Assembly (NCBI GenBank): GCA_963662315.1
Contig: OY759353.1
Location: forward strand, 1,472,001-1,536,000
Length of the DNA: 64,000 bases
Direction: 5' to 3'
From: Geopsychrobacteraceae bacterium
GTDB taxonomy: Bacteria; Desulfobacterota; Desulfuromonadia; Desulfuromonadales; Geopsychrobacteraceae
Part shown: positions 20,043 to 30,257 of the stretch, piece by piece
Layout of the letters: every line of letters begins with the position of its first letter
Numbering within the stretch: position 1 is the stretch's first letter
Notes under the pieces: generated by a model
The model's input: only the letters and a program-made list of their open reading frames with translations
What the model was told of the DNA's origin: nothing
Database searches by the model: none
Translations under genes and position numbers: made by a program

Positions 20043-21260
20043 GTGAACATTGCTGTCATTGGAGGTGGAGCCGCCGGGTTCTTTGCCGCCATCAACATTC
20101 GAGTCAATTTTCCTGACGCAAAGGTCACCATTTACGAAAAATCCTCCCACCTGCTCGCCAAGGTGAAAATTTCCGGTGGTGGACGCTGTAATGTCACAAA
20201 TGGCTGTGACTCAATCGCCGAACTGTGTGCAGCCTACCCGCGCGGTGCCAATGCCTTAAAAAAAGTGTTTCGAGTATTTGATAATCATGCCGCAATGGCC
20301 TGGTTTGAAAGCCACCAGGTCCCCCTGGTTACCCAGCCGGACAACTGTGTATTCCCTAAAGCCCAGAACTCGACTGAAATTATCGACTGTTTTCTTCGGG
20401 AAGCTAGGCGTTTGAATATTGCTATTGTCATGAACTGCGGCGTTCAGGCAATCACCCCGGATGAGCAAGGCAAACTACAACTCCACTTCAAAGGTGACAA
20501 GCGCTCTTCCCAATTCTTCGACAAAGTTGTGATTGCAACCGGAGGAGCTCCGCGGCAAACCGACCTGAACTGGCTTGCACAGCTGGGGCATCGCATCGAA
20601 GCACCAGTGCCATCCCTGTTTACCTTCAAAATTAACGACCCGGAACTGACTGCCTTGATGGGGATTGTCGTTGACCAGACCCAGGTGTCCTTGCAAGGAA
20701 CCAGATTCAGGGCTGAAGGCCCCTTGCTGGTCACTCACTGGGGTGTCAGCGGCCCGGCCATCTTAAAACTTTCAGCGTTTGGCGCTCGCTGGCTACACGA
20801 ACAAAACTACCACTGTACCCTGCAAATCAACTGGGCCAATGAACGTAATCAGGAAGTCATCGCTGGTCAGCTTGATAAGATTATACAAAAATCCCCGCGA
20901 AAAATGTTAGGCAACATAAAACCTTATCACCTGTCCGATCGCCTGTGGCTGTATCTGCTGGGCAAATGTGCCTTTCCCGCTGATAAACGCTGGGGAGAAC
21001 TGGGAAAAAGCAGTATCAACAAACTGGCCAATATGCTTTGTCATGATTGTTACCAGATCAGCGGTAAAGGCTCATTTAAAGAAGAATTCGTCACCTGTGG
21101 CGGGGTCAGCCTTAAAGACATTGATATGAAAACCATGCGGAGCAAGCTTGTCGACAACCTGTACTTTGCCGGAGAGGTTCTTGATATTGACGGTATCACC
21201 GGCGGTTATAACTTCCAGGCGGCCTGGACAACGGCATTTATTGCGGCACAGCTCAACTGA
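20043..21260 (+). CDS. HI0933/BaiN-family flavoprotein (NAD(P)/FAD-dependent oxidoreductase)
   Basis: IGGGAAG, KVKISGGGRCNVTN, LVTHWGVSGP, VTCGGV, GEVLDIDGITGGYNFQ; likely GTG start at 20043. Confidence 0.92.
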   Translation: MNIAVIGGGAAGFFAAINIRVNFPDAKVTIYEKSSHLLAKVKISGGGRCNVTNGCDSIAELCAAYPRGANALKKVFRVFDNHAAMAWFESHQVPLVTQPDNCVFPKAQNSTEIIDCFLREARRLNIAIVMNCGVQAITPDEQGKLQLHFKGDKRSSQFFDKVVIATGGAPRQTDLNWLAQLGHRIEAPVPSLFTFKINDPELTALMGIVVDQTQVSLQGTRFRAEGPLLVTHWGVSGPAILKLSAFGARWLHEQNYHCTLQINWANERNQEVIAGQLDKIIQKSPRKMLGNIKPYHLSDRLWLYLLGKCAFPADKRWGELGKSSINKLANMLCHDCYQISGKGSFKEEFVTCGGVSLKDIDMKTMRSKLVDNLYFAGEVLDIDGITGGYNFQAAWTTAFIAAQLN

Positions 21261-21328
21261 CTTGTCAGCGACAGGTTAAATAGGTTAGAAGAAAGAATAC
21301 GTTTAACCTAATCAAAGGAGACAGCATC

Positions 21329-21610
21329 ATGGCAAGAGCAGCAGCACGGCACATCCTGGTTCCCAGTGAGGCCGATTGTAATACCTTGAAGAAGATGATT
21401 GAAAACGGTGAGGACTTTGCGGAAATCGCCAAAGTTCATTCTAAATGCCCTTCGGGTAAACAGGGTGGCGCCCTTGGTGAATTTTCCCCCGGCCAGATGG
21501 TTCGCGAATTTGACGAAGTTGTCTTTTCCGGAGAAGTCGGCAAAGTTCTGGGACCGGTTAAAACCCAATTTGGTTATCACCTGATTGAGATCACCAGTCG
21601 TACTGAGTAG
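21329..21610 (+). CDS. ppiC: Parvulin-type peptidyl-prolyl isomerase
   Basis: ARHILV, HSKCPSGKQGGALG, GQMVREFD, KTQFGYHLI; AAGGAG RBS. Confidence 0.95.
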   Translation: MARAAARHILVPSEADCNTLKKMIENGEDFAEIAKVHSKCPSGKQGGALGEFSPGQMVREFDEVVFSGEVGKVLGPVKTQFGYHLIEITSRTE

Positions 21611-21742
21611 TTTTATGCTACCGTCTCCCCTCTTTCTGGGGAGGCGGTAGCAAGAATAATACAAAGCTAAGAGACTAAAAATCCAATCAAGAGACTTCTC
21701 TCTCATTGAGATGTAAACCGTTCAAACTGCCAATAAGTTATC

Positions 21743-22246
21743 ATGACACAAATGAAATATCTTTCCGGATATCCTGACCAGCTGACCAGCCAGGTTCGCC
21801 AGCTTATTGCCGACGATAAACTGGACCAGATATTGCTGAAACGCTACCCTCATCCCCATGAGGTAAAGACAGACAAGGCTCTTTATGATTTTACTGTGGA
21901 ACTGAAAAATCAGTATCTGCGTAAAGCCGCCCCGATCAGCAAAGTAACTTATGACGGCAAGATATCTGTTGTCCACGAAGCTCTGGGTTTGCACTCCTAC
22001 GTCACCAGGGTTCAGGGGAACAAAATTAAAACCCGCAATGAAATTCGTATTGGAACTGTTTTCAAAACAGCTCCGCTGGAATTTTTGCGCATGATCGTCG
22101 TCCATGAACTGGCCCACCTCAAAGAGAAAGATCACAACAAGGCTTTTTACAGTTTATGTGAACATATGGAACCACACTATCACCAGCTGGAGTTTGATGT
22201 GCGTGTCTACCTGACCTACCTTGAGAAATTCGGTAATCTTTATTAA
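21743..22246 (+). CDS. YgjP-like metallopeptidase/UTP pyrophosphatase-family protein
   Basis: HELAH HExxH motif followed by EKDHNKAFYSLC. Confidence 0.8.
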   Translation: MTQMKYLSGYPDQLTSQVRQLIADDKLDQILLKRYPHPHEVKTDKALYDFTVELKNQYLRKAAPISKVTYDGKISVVHEALGLHSYVTRVQGNKIKTRNEIRIGTVFKTAPLEFLRMIVVHELAHLKEKDHNKAFYSLCEHMEPHYHQLEFDVRVYLTYLEKFGNLY

Positions 22247-22338
22247 GCTTGTTGTGTAAAAGATCGTTAAGCCCTTGCGTAAAAATACGCATTCCCCTAT
22301 ATTCCGCCCTACCTTTTTATCAAGACTGGAGAACCAAG

Positions 22339-22548
22339 ATGGATCTGGACATCGACCGCCTGGAATGGATTGTTTATAAACGTCAGGACCGCATCATAAA
22401 AGCGGTTGAAGGGACCGGCTACCTGCCTCGCACCGTTATCGGTGTTGGGATGTTTTTACTCGATAATAATGGCGATATTGACCTGCTGACCGCTAAGCAA
22501 CGTGCCACCTTTGACAAGTTTCTCAAGCCGCTACTGGAAAGTAAGTAA
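22339..22548 (+). CDS. Small hypothetical protein (69 aa)
   Basis: GGAG RBS before ATG 22339; protein-like sequence MDLDIDRLEW...FLKPLLESK fills the intergenic gap. Confidence 0.6.
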   Translation: MDLDIDRLEWIVYKRQDRIIKAVEGTGYLPRTVIGVGMFLLDNNGDIDLLTAKQRATFDKFLKPLLESK

Positions 22549-22620
22549 TGAGATCCGGCGTAGCTGCCCACGGGTTACGCCCTGATATTTCAGCCTCTTA
22601 TTTGTTCCCGCCCCCATCCG

Positions 22621-22971
22621 CTATCCCAGCTTGCTGCGAAAGACAAAATACACCGCGCCAAGCAGGCACAGCCCGGCCCACAAGTAGTCCAGCTTCAAAG
22701 GCTCCTTCAGGTACAAGAGTGAGAAAGGCACAAAGATCGACAGGGTGATGACCTCCTGAAGTATTTTCAGTTGCCCGACATTCAAAGCCGTATAACCGAT
22801 CCGGTTAGCCGGAACCTGTAACAGGTATTCAAACAAGGCAATTCCCCAGCTGACCACAGCGGCTACGATCCAGGGTTTGTTATTCAATTCTTTCAGGTGT
22901 GCATACCAGGCAAAGGTCATAAAGACATTGCTGCACATAAGTAACATTATCGAGGTCAGAACCGGTCGCAT
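22621..22971 (-). CDS. DMT-superfamily small membrane protein
   Basis: SNVFMTFAWYAHLK, SWGIALFEY, QLKILQEVITL; four hydrophobic segments; alternative TTG start at 22983. Confidence 0.88.
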   Translation of the reverse strand: MRPVLTSIMLLMCSNVFMTFAWYAHLKELNNKPWIVAAVVSWGIALFEYLLQVPANRIGYTALNVGQLKILQEVITLSIFVPFSLLYLKEPLKLDYLWAGLCLLGAVYFVFRSKLG

Positions 22972-23071
22972 ACGGAGTGTCAACTTTCAGCCACAGGCAA
23001 AATAGGATTTTTATAATATGTACCAGACCAAGAACCCAGCCTTAAGATAATGAACATCCTTCATCGTCACG

Positions 23072-24139
23072 TTACAGTAACGAGCCTCCAGCTCTGGAGG
23101 CATGCAGCAACAAGCGGCTGAACGCTTCATTGGCTGCCAGGCTGGCGGATTCACTCATGGTGTGGTAACCGGAGGTCGGAATCTGCAGGGTAGTCCCCTG
23201 CACGAAGCCGTTTGAAGCAGCAATAATCCGCCCCATTTCGGTACTCCCCAGGGAATGGGGATGAGCACCGCTTTGCTCGGTCTGACGATTCTGCTCTTCT
23301 ATGTACTCATCTTTATAAGTAAATGAGATCCCCTGCTCCACACACAGTGCTTCCAGCCAGGTGGTTAAATCGCTGTTAAAAGAGGCGTTGGCGTCCTTTT
23401 TGCGCAGCACAACCTGCTGCTGATCAGCGCTGTAGCGATCCGGGTACGGGCTGGTATCAACCACGATAAGACGCTCAGTCGCTCCGTTGAAACGCCGGAA
23501 CCATTCCAGCAGGTAACGCCAGCTGCTCCCTGACTCTTCCTGAGCGGTGAAAAATACCGTTCCCTGAAATCCAAGGCTGAACAGGTGCACCAGATGCGCG
23601 GCGGTTAGTACGTTATCCAGCTGCCCCGAGATATATTCATCCGAAACCGAAAGGCGATCGCTGAAAGCAACCGGTGTGCCCGCCACCAGGTGATTGAGAC
23701 CAGCGACTTCGAAGATCAGGTTATTACGAAACTCACAAACGTAAGCGTGGGTAATGGTGCCGGCCCCGTGATAAACGCCAGACCAGGGTTCATAGGCGAT
23801 CACCGGAACCCCCTGGAACCTGTCGCTGATTTTCAGCATCAGCTTCTCAGAGGCTGAATTGCCCAGCAGGTCTGAACGCCGACCAGCGACAAAAGCGGCA
23901 TACTGAAATTCATCGGGACCGGTACAGATCAGGCCATGGCGGTCAATATGTGCGGAAAACATGGCCGCTTCAGGCTCACGCCCCTGGGCCACCAGCAATC
24001 CTTCATACCAGGACACCCGCGCGCCTCGCTCTTCGAGTTCGCGCTGCAAAACCCGGAAGAAGGAATGCTCGGCTCCGACCACGCTCGGCTGGCGAATAAG
24101 CATTTTCAGTAGATCAAAAAACTGTTCGCTCTGTTGCAT
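23072..24139 (-). CDS. M42/M28-like Zn metallopeptidase
   Basis: Metal-ligand pattern SAHID, GQLDN, QEE, VVD, GYH. Confidence 0.75.
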   Translation of the reverse strand: MQQSEQFFDLLKMLIRQPSVVGAEHSFFRVLQRELEERGARVSWYEGLLVAQGREPEAAMFSAHIDRHGLICTGPDEFQYAAFVAGRRSDLLGNSASEKLMLKISDRFQGVPVIAYEPWSGVYHGAGTITHAYVCEFRNNLIFEVAGLNHLVAGTPVAFSDRLSVSDEYISGQLDNVLTAAHLVHLFSLGFQGTVFFTAQEESGSSWRYLLEWFRRFNGATERLIVVDTSPYPDRYSADQQQVVLRKKDANASFNSDLTTWLEALCVEQGISFTYKDEYIEEQNRQTEQSGAHPHSLGSTEMGRIIAASNGFVQGTTLQIPTSGYHTMSESASLAANEAFSRLLLHASRAGGSLL

Positions 24140-24391
24140 AACACCTGTTTTCCACAGACTCGGTTGATAATACCCCTCCAGAGGTGATGGAGGGAAAATA
24201 TGCTCAAGCAGATAATATACTTTACGAGTGGGCGCAAGTGTTAACTCGTGCGGTTATCACTTTCTCATGATCTGGCCAACAATATTCCTAGCTTTTTCCA
24301 GAACAAAGCTCTTGATAATTTACCAGCATGCAAGTAAAGTTTATTCATCTTTGATAACCATTTAAAACCCATAAGGCTTAAAGGATAAAGG

Positions 24392-25558
24392 ATGAAAAAG
24401 TCAGCAACACAGATTATCAACAGCGGCTTTACCGGAGACAGCTCTCAACTTGAACGCTACCACTCAGTGAATCCCCCCATTTACCATGCTTCGACAGTAA
24501 TGTTTGAAAGTTACGCAGAACTGCGTGCTGCGGGCAAAGGAGAATATGAAGGGTTCACCTACGGCACCGACGGCAGTCCGACACAGAAAGCCTTTGAACA
24601 AGCGATGACGGAATTAGAGGGGGGCTACTACACCCGCGCGGTTCCTTCAGGCTTACTGGCGATAACCAGTGTGCTGCAGGCTTTTCTGAAAGCGGGGGAT
24701 CATCTGCTGGTCTGCAACAGTGTCTATGGACCGGTGCGCCGCTTCGCCACCACCCTGTTACTGAAATTTGGGGTAAAAACCAGCTATTTTCCGGCCAATT
24801 GTGGCGCAGATATCGTTAACCATATAACACCGGAAACTCGCTTTATCCTGATGGAATCCCCAGGTTCCAATACCTTTGAGATTCAGGATGTCGGTGCCAT
24901 TACGGCGAACGCCAGGCAACGCGGCATAATCACGGCCATCGATAATACCTGGGCGACGCCATTATTCTTTAGACCATTTGATCATGGAGTCGACATTTCT
25001 CTGCACTCAATTACTAAATATATTTCCGGTCACTCCGACGTTCTGCTCGGTACAGTAACCGTCACTGAGGCCTGCTATGAACGCTTCTACAAGCTGGTCC
25101 GCGCCCTGGAGATTTTCGCTCCTCAGGAAGCCTGTTACCTTGCATTACGCGGGCTGAAAACCCTCAAGGTGCGGCTGAAGCAACATGAAAAATCAGCTCT
25201 GGAAATAGCCACCTGGCTGCAGGAGCAGCGAGGTGTTGAAGCAGTATTGCACCCGGCCCTGCCCAGTCATCCGGAGCATCATATCTGGCAACGCGATTTT
25301 CACGGAGCATCTGGCATCTTTTCCATTGTCCTGGCCCCGCAATTTGATGAAAATTCCGTCGCACGATTTGTCGACGCCTTGCAATTATTTGGCATCGGTT
25401 ACAGCTGGGGTGGCTTTAAAAGCCTGGTTACGGCAGGAAAGTTTGCCCAATCAGACATCTCTCGCTATCATGGACGCTGGATGATACGCCTGAATATCGG
25501 CCTTGAAGAAAGCGATGATCTTAAGGCCGATATTAGCCAGGCATTAAAGCAGCTTTGA
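24392..25558 (+). CDS. metC: Cystathionine beta-lyase (PLP-dependent)
   Basis: VNPPIYHASTV, ESPGSNTFE, DNTWATP, TKYISGHSD PLP-lysine motif, IGYSWGG. Confidence 0.88.
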   Translation: MKKSATQIINSGFTGDSSQLERYHSVNPPIYHASTVMFESYAELRAAGKGEYEGFTYGTDGSPTQKAFEQAMTELEGGYYTRAVPSGLLAITSVLQAFLKAGDHLLVCNSVYGPVRRFATTLLLKFGVKTSYFPANCGADIVNHITPETRFILMESPGSNTFEIQDVGAITANARQRGIITAIDNTWATPLFFRPFDHGVDISLHSITKYISGHSDVLLGTVTVTEACYERFYKLVRALEIFAPQEACYLALRGLKTLKVRLKQHEKSALEIATWLQEQRGVEAVLHPALPSHPEHHIWQRDFHGASGIFSIVLAPQFDENSVARFVDALQLFGIGYSWGGFKSLVTAGKFAQSDISRYHGRWMIRLNIGLEESDDLKADISQALKQL

Positions 25559-25608
25559 CATTTTTACGATCGGCAAACAAACTTTTTAATGCAGGGTAGC
25601 GACACCTC

Positions 25609-26439
25609 ATGAATTTATTCTCTGACGCTAAAATCGACACCCATGTCCATGTTTTTGATCCGCTTAAGTTCCCTTACGGGGCTGATAACTTCTATCACCC
25701 CGCAGGGGGAGAGACCGGCACTCCAGCTCACTACAAACGCCTGATGGACGCATATCAGATTGGCTACGCGCTCCTGGTCCAGCCCAATTCTGGCTATAAC
25801 CATGACAATAGTTGCATGTTGGAAGCCATTGCCAACAGCAACGGCAGGTTCAAAGGCATTGCCGTCGTCCCTGTTACAGCCAGCTATGCAGAGCTGGAGC
25901 AACTTAAACAGCAGGGGATTCTGGGTATTGCCTTTAATGTTGCATTGTATGGTCCGCAATATTATGCAGATGCGACAGCCTTGCTCGAAAAACTTGCCGC
26001 TCTAGATCTGTTTGCCCAAGTTCAGGTGATGAATGACCAGTTGCCGGAATTGCGTTCACTATTTAAAGCATTTACCGGAAAAATCCTGGTTGATCACTGT
26101 GGGAGGCCGGATCCAGCCAAAGGAATTGATCAGGAGGGTTTTAAAGAGTTGCTCAATTATGCACAAAGCGGCCGAACCCGTGTAAAAATCTCCGGCCAAT
26201 ACAAGATCAGTCATTCAGGCTATCCTTACAGCGATATGACCCCGTATATCCGTACCATCCTGAAAGAGTTTACTTTGGATAACTGTATGTGGGCTTCTGA
26301 TTGGCCATTTTTAAGGGCACCGGAGCGTCTTGACCTGGCTCCCCTGCTGCAGCTGGTCGAGAAGTACGCCCCTACAGCTGAAGAGCGCCACAAGCTGTTG
26401 TGGGAAACCCCGCATAGACTATTTGGGTTTGACCACTAA
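25609..26439 (+). CDS. Amidohydrolase-family protein (LigI/lactonase-like)
   Basis: DTHVHVF, LVQP, VDHCGRP, VKISG, WASDWP. Confidence 0.85.
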   Translation: MNLFSDAKIDTHVHVFDPLKFPYGADNFYHPAGGETGTPAHYKRLMDAYQIGYALLVQPNSGYNHDNSCMLEAIANSNGRFKGIAVVPVTASYAELEQLKQQGILGIAFNVALYGPQYYADATALLEKLAALDLFAQVQVMNDQLPELRSLFKAFTGKILVDHCGRPDPAKGIDQEGFKELLNYAQSGRTRVKISGQYKISHSGYPYSDMTPYIRTILKEFTLDNCMWASDWPFLRAPERLDLAPLLQLVEKYAPTAEERHKLLWETPHRLFGFDH

Positions 26440-26449
26440 GGGAACGCGA

Positions 26450-27565
26450 TCAAACAACACTGAGCATACCACGCACGCAATTGCGACCGGCCTTTTTTGC
26501 CTGATAGACCGCATCATCCGCCGCCTTTATCAAGGCATCCGGTCCGGCCATGCCGGCAGAGCGGGTCGCAATACCGACGCTGATGCTGCCATACCAGCAG
26601 CCGCCATTAACCGGCACAATAAGATGATTGACCTTATCATGAACCAGGTAACCAAGTTGAAGAGCGCCGACGTTATTGGTGCGTGGACACAGAATGAGAA
26701 ATTCATCCCCCCCGAGGCGACAGACATAATCATCGTTGCGGACCACGTAAGTCAGGTGCCGCGCCAGATCCTTAAGAACCTTATCGCCGGCATCATGACC
26801 AAAATTGTCGTTAACCTGCTTAAATCCGTCTGCATCAATCAGTAGACAGGACAATGCCAGTCTTTTCGCTACCGCTTCCTGCCACAACCAGGCGAGCTTA
26901 TCCATGGCATAGCGTCGGTTGGGTAAACCGGTCAGCACATCAGTCGTCGCGATTTTCTGCAACTGCCGGTTGGCTTCTTCAAGCTCTTTCGTCCTGGCAT
27001 TCACTTTACTTTCCAGAGCGTCATTCAACTCAGCCAGTTGGGCATTACGATGAGAAACCTGAAGAAACAATTTATTGAGGGATTGCAATAAGATATCCGT
27101 AGAATTTTCAGCCGGTTTTTCTTCCTCTTCATAGGCCTGCTGCGGCGAATCTCCGGCGGCAATGGTCTTTATCTGCCGACTCATACTTTTATCGGTTCCG
27201 AGAATATGGTAAATCAGCCAATTAATCAGAAATTCAAAAAGCCGTTCAAAGCATAGGCGCTCTGAACCATACATTTGCCCTTTCAGCAAGGTCACATCCG
27301 CTAAAAACGCCTGGTGATCTCTTTTATGCTGAGCAACATGTCTGGAATCCACCTCTGCACTAGCCATTAATTTTTCTTCTTCACGAAAGTGGTACTCGGT
27401 ATAAGAGACCAGATCGGCATAAAGAAGATCGAAATCACGCCTTAAGAAGTTGTTATCTGCAAGCAGTTCAGCTGCCTGATTAGTCAGTTCCACCAAGTGC
27501 CGATGTTGCTCATCAACCAGCTTATGACCGGTTTCAAAAACCGTCCCCCATTGAATCACGTCCAT
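26450..27565 (-). CDS. Bacteriohemerythrin-GGDEF diguanylate cyclase
   Basis: Hemerythrin ligands DEQH, HFREEE, HKRDH, HILGTD; intact GGDEF with RxxD (RNDD) I-site; AAGGAGG RBS. Confidence 0.93.
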   Translation of the reverse strand: MDVIQWGTVFETGHKLVDEQHRHLVELTNQAAELLADNNFLRRDFDLLYADLVSYTEYHFREEEKLMASAEVDSRHVAQHKRDHQAFLADVTLLKGQMYGSERLCFERLFEFLINWLIYHILGTDKSMSRQIKTIAAGDSPQQAYEEEEKPAENSTDILLQSLNKLFLQVSHRNAQLAELNDALESKVNARTKELEEANRQLQKIATTDVLTGLPNRRYAMDKLAWLWQEAVAKRLALSCLLIDADGFKQVNDNFGHDAGDKVLKDLARHLTYVVRNDDYVCRLGGDEFLILCPRTNNVGALQLGYLVHDKVNHLIVPVNGGCWYGSISVGIATRSAGMAGPDALIKAADDAVYQAKKAGRNCVRGMLSVV

Positions 27566-27679
27566 ATATAAACCTCCTTATAATCGGCCCGATTAAATGA
27601 GGCCTGAGGTTGCATATTTCTCGCGATGATCTGACACCAAAACCTGTTATCTTTGCTAACATTACCTCAGAACTTACTT

Positions 27680-29917
27680 CTAGGAAAGCAGACGGTCATC
27701 CTGCTGTCCGTTGTTATGCAGCACAAATCGTTTGAGCATATCGCGCAATTGCAGCGCCTGTCCCGAGAGTTCCTCCGCTGCGGCAGCACTCTCCTCGGCA
27801 CTGGCGGTGTTCTGTTGGGTCACCTGATCAATCTGCGCCAGGCCGGTTGTCACCTGACTGATACCCTGGGCCTGTTCATTCGACGCGGTAGAGATCTCTT
27901 TCAGCAGATCGTTAACCTTATCCGTCCCAGTCATAATCTCCCGCAGCGCAGCAGCTGTCTGCTGGGCCATTTGATTCCCCTTGTCCGTCAGAGCCACCGA
28001 GCCTTCGATCAACTCAGCGGTCTCTTCGGCTGCTTTGGCGCTGCGTGCGGCCAAATTGCGCACTTCCTCTGCAACCACGGCAAAACCTTTTCCGTGCTGC
28101 CCGGCGCGTGCCGCCTCTACTGCGGCATTAAGCGCCAGCAAATTGGTCTGGAACGCGATTTCATCGATCACTTTGATGATCTTGCTGATATTTTGCCCAG
28201 CAACATTGATTTCAGCCATGGCTTCAACCATTGCCACCATCTGAGCATTGCCTTTCCGGGCCGCGACTTGCGATTCATTGGACAGCAGATTTGCTGCACT
28301 GGCATTCTCGGCATTGGTCCGCACTTGGGCAGCCATCATGTTCATTGACGCGGTCACCTCTTCAAGAGAACTGGCCGATTCAGTAGCGCCTTGCGATAAG
28401 GCCTGACTGGCATCACTGACCTGCCCCGAACCTGTCGCAATCTGCTCACCAGCAATCTGAATATTGCCAACCATTTCACGTAACCCTTCAAGCATGACTT
28501 TCAATGCCATACCCAACTGATCATCAGGTGAGGCAACCGTGACGTCATGAGTCAAATCGCCACGGGCGATAGCTTCGGCCAGATCACTGCGTTTTTGCAG
28601 ACTTTTCGCCATACCAACCAGAACAGACCCCAATTCGGTTATTTCGTCCTTGGCCTTAAAAACCTTGCATTCCCGGCAATCGGTATAGGTACCATTGGTG
28701 AGTTTGTGGCAAATAGGATCCGGGCCAAAGGTTCCTGTTTCGACCCAGCAATAGCCTTCAAGCCCGTAACTGGGGCAGTCCTTCTGCTCGCAATGATTCA
28801 GCTCAGAGCAATTAACACACTGCCCCATTGACAAACTCTGATCGCGCGTATCCCCCTTACCGTATTGGCCAACGACCGCGAACGCTCTTTTTAGCGGTTT
28901 GGTTATACTCCGCGAAACGATGAAGGCAAGCCCCAAACCAACGACCATCGCAAAGGCACCGACAAGAGTAATGCCTTGTTTCGTCTGGACGGCCGAAGCA
29001 ATCATCTGATCATCCGACAGAATACTGGCCGTGGCGGTATCCGTCATGCGATGCATAATATTCTGAACCTCTCCGAGGTATTTCTGCGTTTCGGTCGCAA
29101 AAATTTCATTGGCCTTTTTCTTCCCGGCCAATGAAATTGTAACATTCATACTCGCCTGCCGTAGCAGTTTTTGCGTTGTGGCCAAAGTGGGGACGATATT
29201 CGTGTTAAAATAATCTACTGCTCCACCGTGATTACCGGCGCTAAGCATTTCTGAGATCTGCTTACCATGCTTATGCAATTCTTCATGTGGTCCTTTCAGA
29301 GCGTCCAGTACCCTGCCTAATTCCGGATTCTGCTCAGCTGCCCCTTTCCCGGTACTGCCATACAGGAATTGTCCAAAGCCACATTTTGTATGATCAAATT
29401 CGACTTCTAACTGGGTATCACCGGAAATAATCCCACTCTGAATCTTGCTGACCCAGGAAACATGATCAAGCTCTTTTTCGGTTAGAAATTTTGCCAGATG
29501 AGGATCCGCCGGGCGAAAGACCTCTTTGATCCTTTGTGCAGTTTCATGGAGATGCATATGTGGTGTTTCTATTGCTTTGAGGTCCGAAGCTAAGGCAGGG
29601 ACAAGAAGTTCAGCCTGCTGGCGCCCTTCTCCGTTTAACCATTGCCCTAAGGCACACTTGGTATGATCCATCTGCACGTTCAGCTCGGAGACCTCTTCAT
29701 CAGTCAAAAAGGTTGAAACGGCTTTGACCCAGTTAAGATGATCCACCTCACGAGCCAGCAGTTCCCCACGCAATTTGTTGCCTGCAGCCATCTCCTTTCC
29801 ATCATCAACCGTCGTCGACAAGCCAGAAATCCCCCAAATCAGAGTGATAAGCATAAGGATCAGGATTGAACCGGCCATGATGATCATTTTTGTACCGATC
29901 TTTAAATATCTAAACAT
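27680..29917 (-). CDS. Methyl-accepting chemotaxis protein with two CZB domains and a Cys-rich insert in HAMP
   Basis: Two DHxxW..DHTKCx(L/F)G..HxxLH repeats between two TM helices; MCP signalling hairpin; GGAGG RBS. Confidence 0.92.
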   Translation of the reverse strand: MFRYLKIGTKMIIMAGSILILMLITLIWGISGLSTTVDDGKEMAAGNKLRGELLAREVDHLNWVKAVSTFLTDEEVSELNVQMDHTKCALGQWLNGEGRQQAELLVPALASDLKAIETPHMHLHETAQRIKEVFRPADPHLAKFLTEKELDHVSWVSKIQSGIISGDTQLEVEFDHTKCGFGQFLYGSTGKGAAEQNPELGRVLDALKGPHEELHKHGKQISEMLSAGNHGGAVDYFNTNIVPTLATTQKLLRQASMNVTISLAGKKKANEIFATETQKYLGEVQNIMHRMTDTATASILSDDQMIASAVQTKQGITLVGAFAMVVGLGLAFIVSRSITKPLKRAFAVVGQYGKGDTRDQSLSMGQCVNCSELNHCEQKDCPSYGLEGYCWVETGTFGPDPICHKLTNGTYTDCRECKVFKAKDEITELGSVLVGMAKSLQKRSDLAEAIARGDLTHDVTVASPDDQLGMALKVMLEGLREMVGNIQIAGEQIATGSGQVSDASQALSQGATESASSLEEVTASMNMMAAQVRTNAENASAANLLSNESQVAARKGNAQMVAMVEAMAEINVAGQNISKIIKVIDEIAFQTNLLALNAAVEAARAGQHGKGFAVVAEEVRNLAARSAKAAEETAELIEGSVALTDKGNQMAQQTAAALREIMTGTDKVNDLLKEISTASNEQAQGISQVTTGLAQIDQVTQQNTASAEESAAAAEELSGQALQLRDMLKRFVLHNNGQQDDRLLS

Positions 29918-29996
29918 ATTCTTTTAACCCTCCAATGGCGACTTTTGAAAAGAATGGAAGCAACAAGGATAAGAGCAGCTTAACAATAGAGCTACC

Positions 29997-30012
29997 AGCA
30001 ATATTAGTGCCA
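29997..30012 (-). promoter_or_regulatory. Sigma54 (-24/-12) promoter for the CZB-MCP
   Basis: Minus strand TGGCACTAATATTGCT, near-perfect TGGCAC-N5-TTGCW, 80 nt upstream of the ATG. Confidence 0.85.
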
Positions 30013-30150
30013 CTTAATGGCAATATCAAAAATCATCGCTTTTTAAGGAGGTTAACGCAGAAAAGGATCGATTGGCGAAAACCTGCGGCATCAACTTTTT
30101 TTACCAAACCAAGACCTGAGAAAATTGCTAACAAATTGAAATATATATAA

Positions 30151-30201
30151 AAAAACAGGGAACAATAAAAGTTGTACAAACAACTTTTATTGTTCCCTGT
30201 T
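30151..30201 (-). terminator. 22-bp perfect inverted repeat; terminator of ilvB-ilvN
   Basis: AACAGGGAACAATAAAAGTTGT-ACAA-ACAACTTTTATTGTTCCCTGTT, followed by a T-run on the minus strand. Confidence 0.7.
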
Positions 30202-30257
30202 CCCTATATGAAGGTGACCATTATTTGATTTTTTGGAATACCCATCCCGCCATAAAG

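Noticed and set aside
21616..21652. Strong hairpin after ppiC
   Set aside because: No following T-run on either strand and no second copy in the window; probably an ordinary mRNA 3' stem
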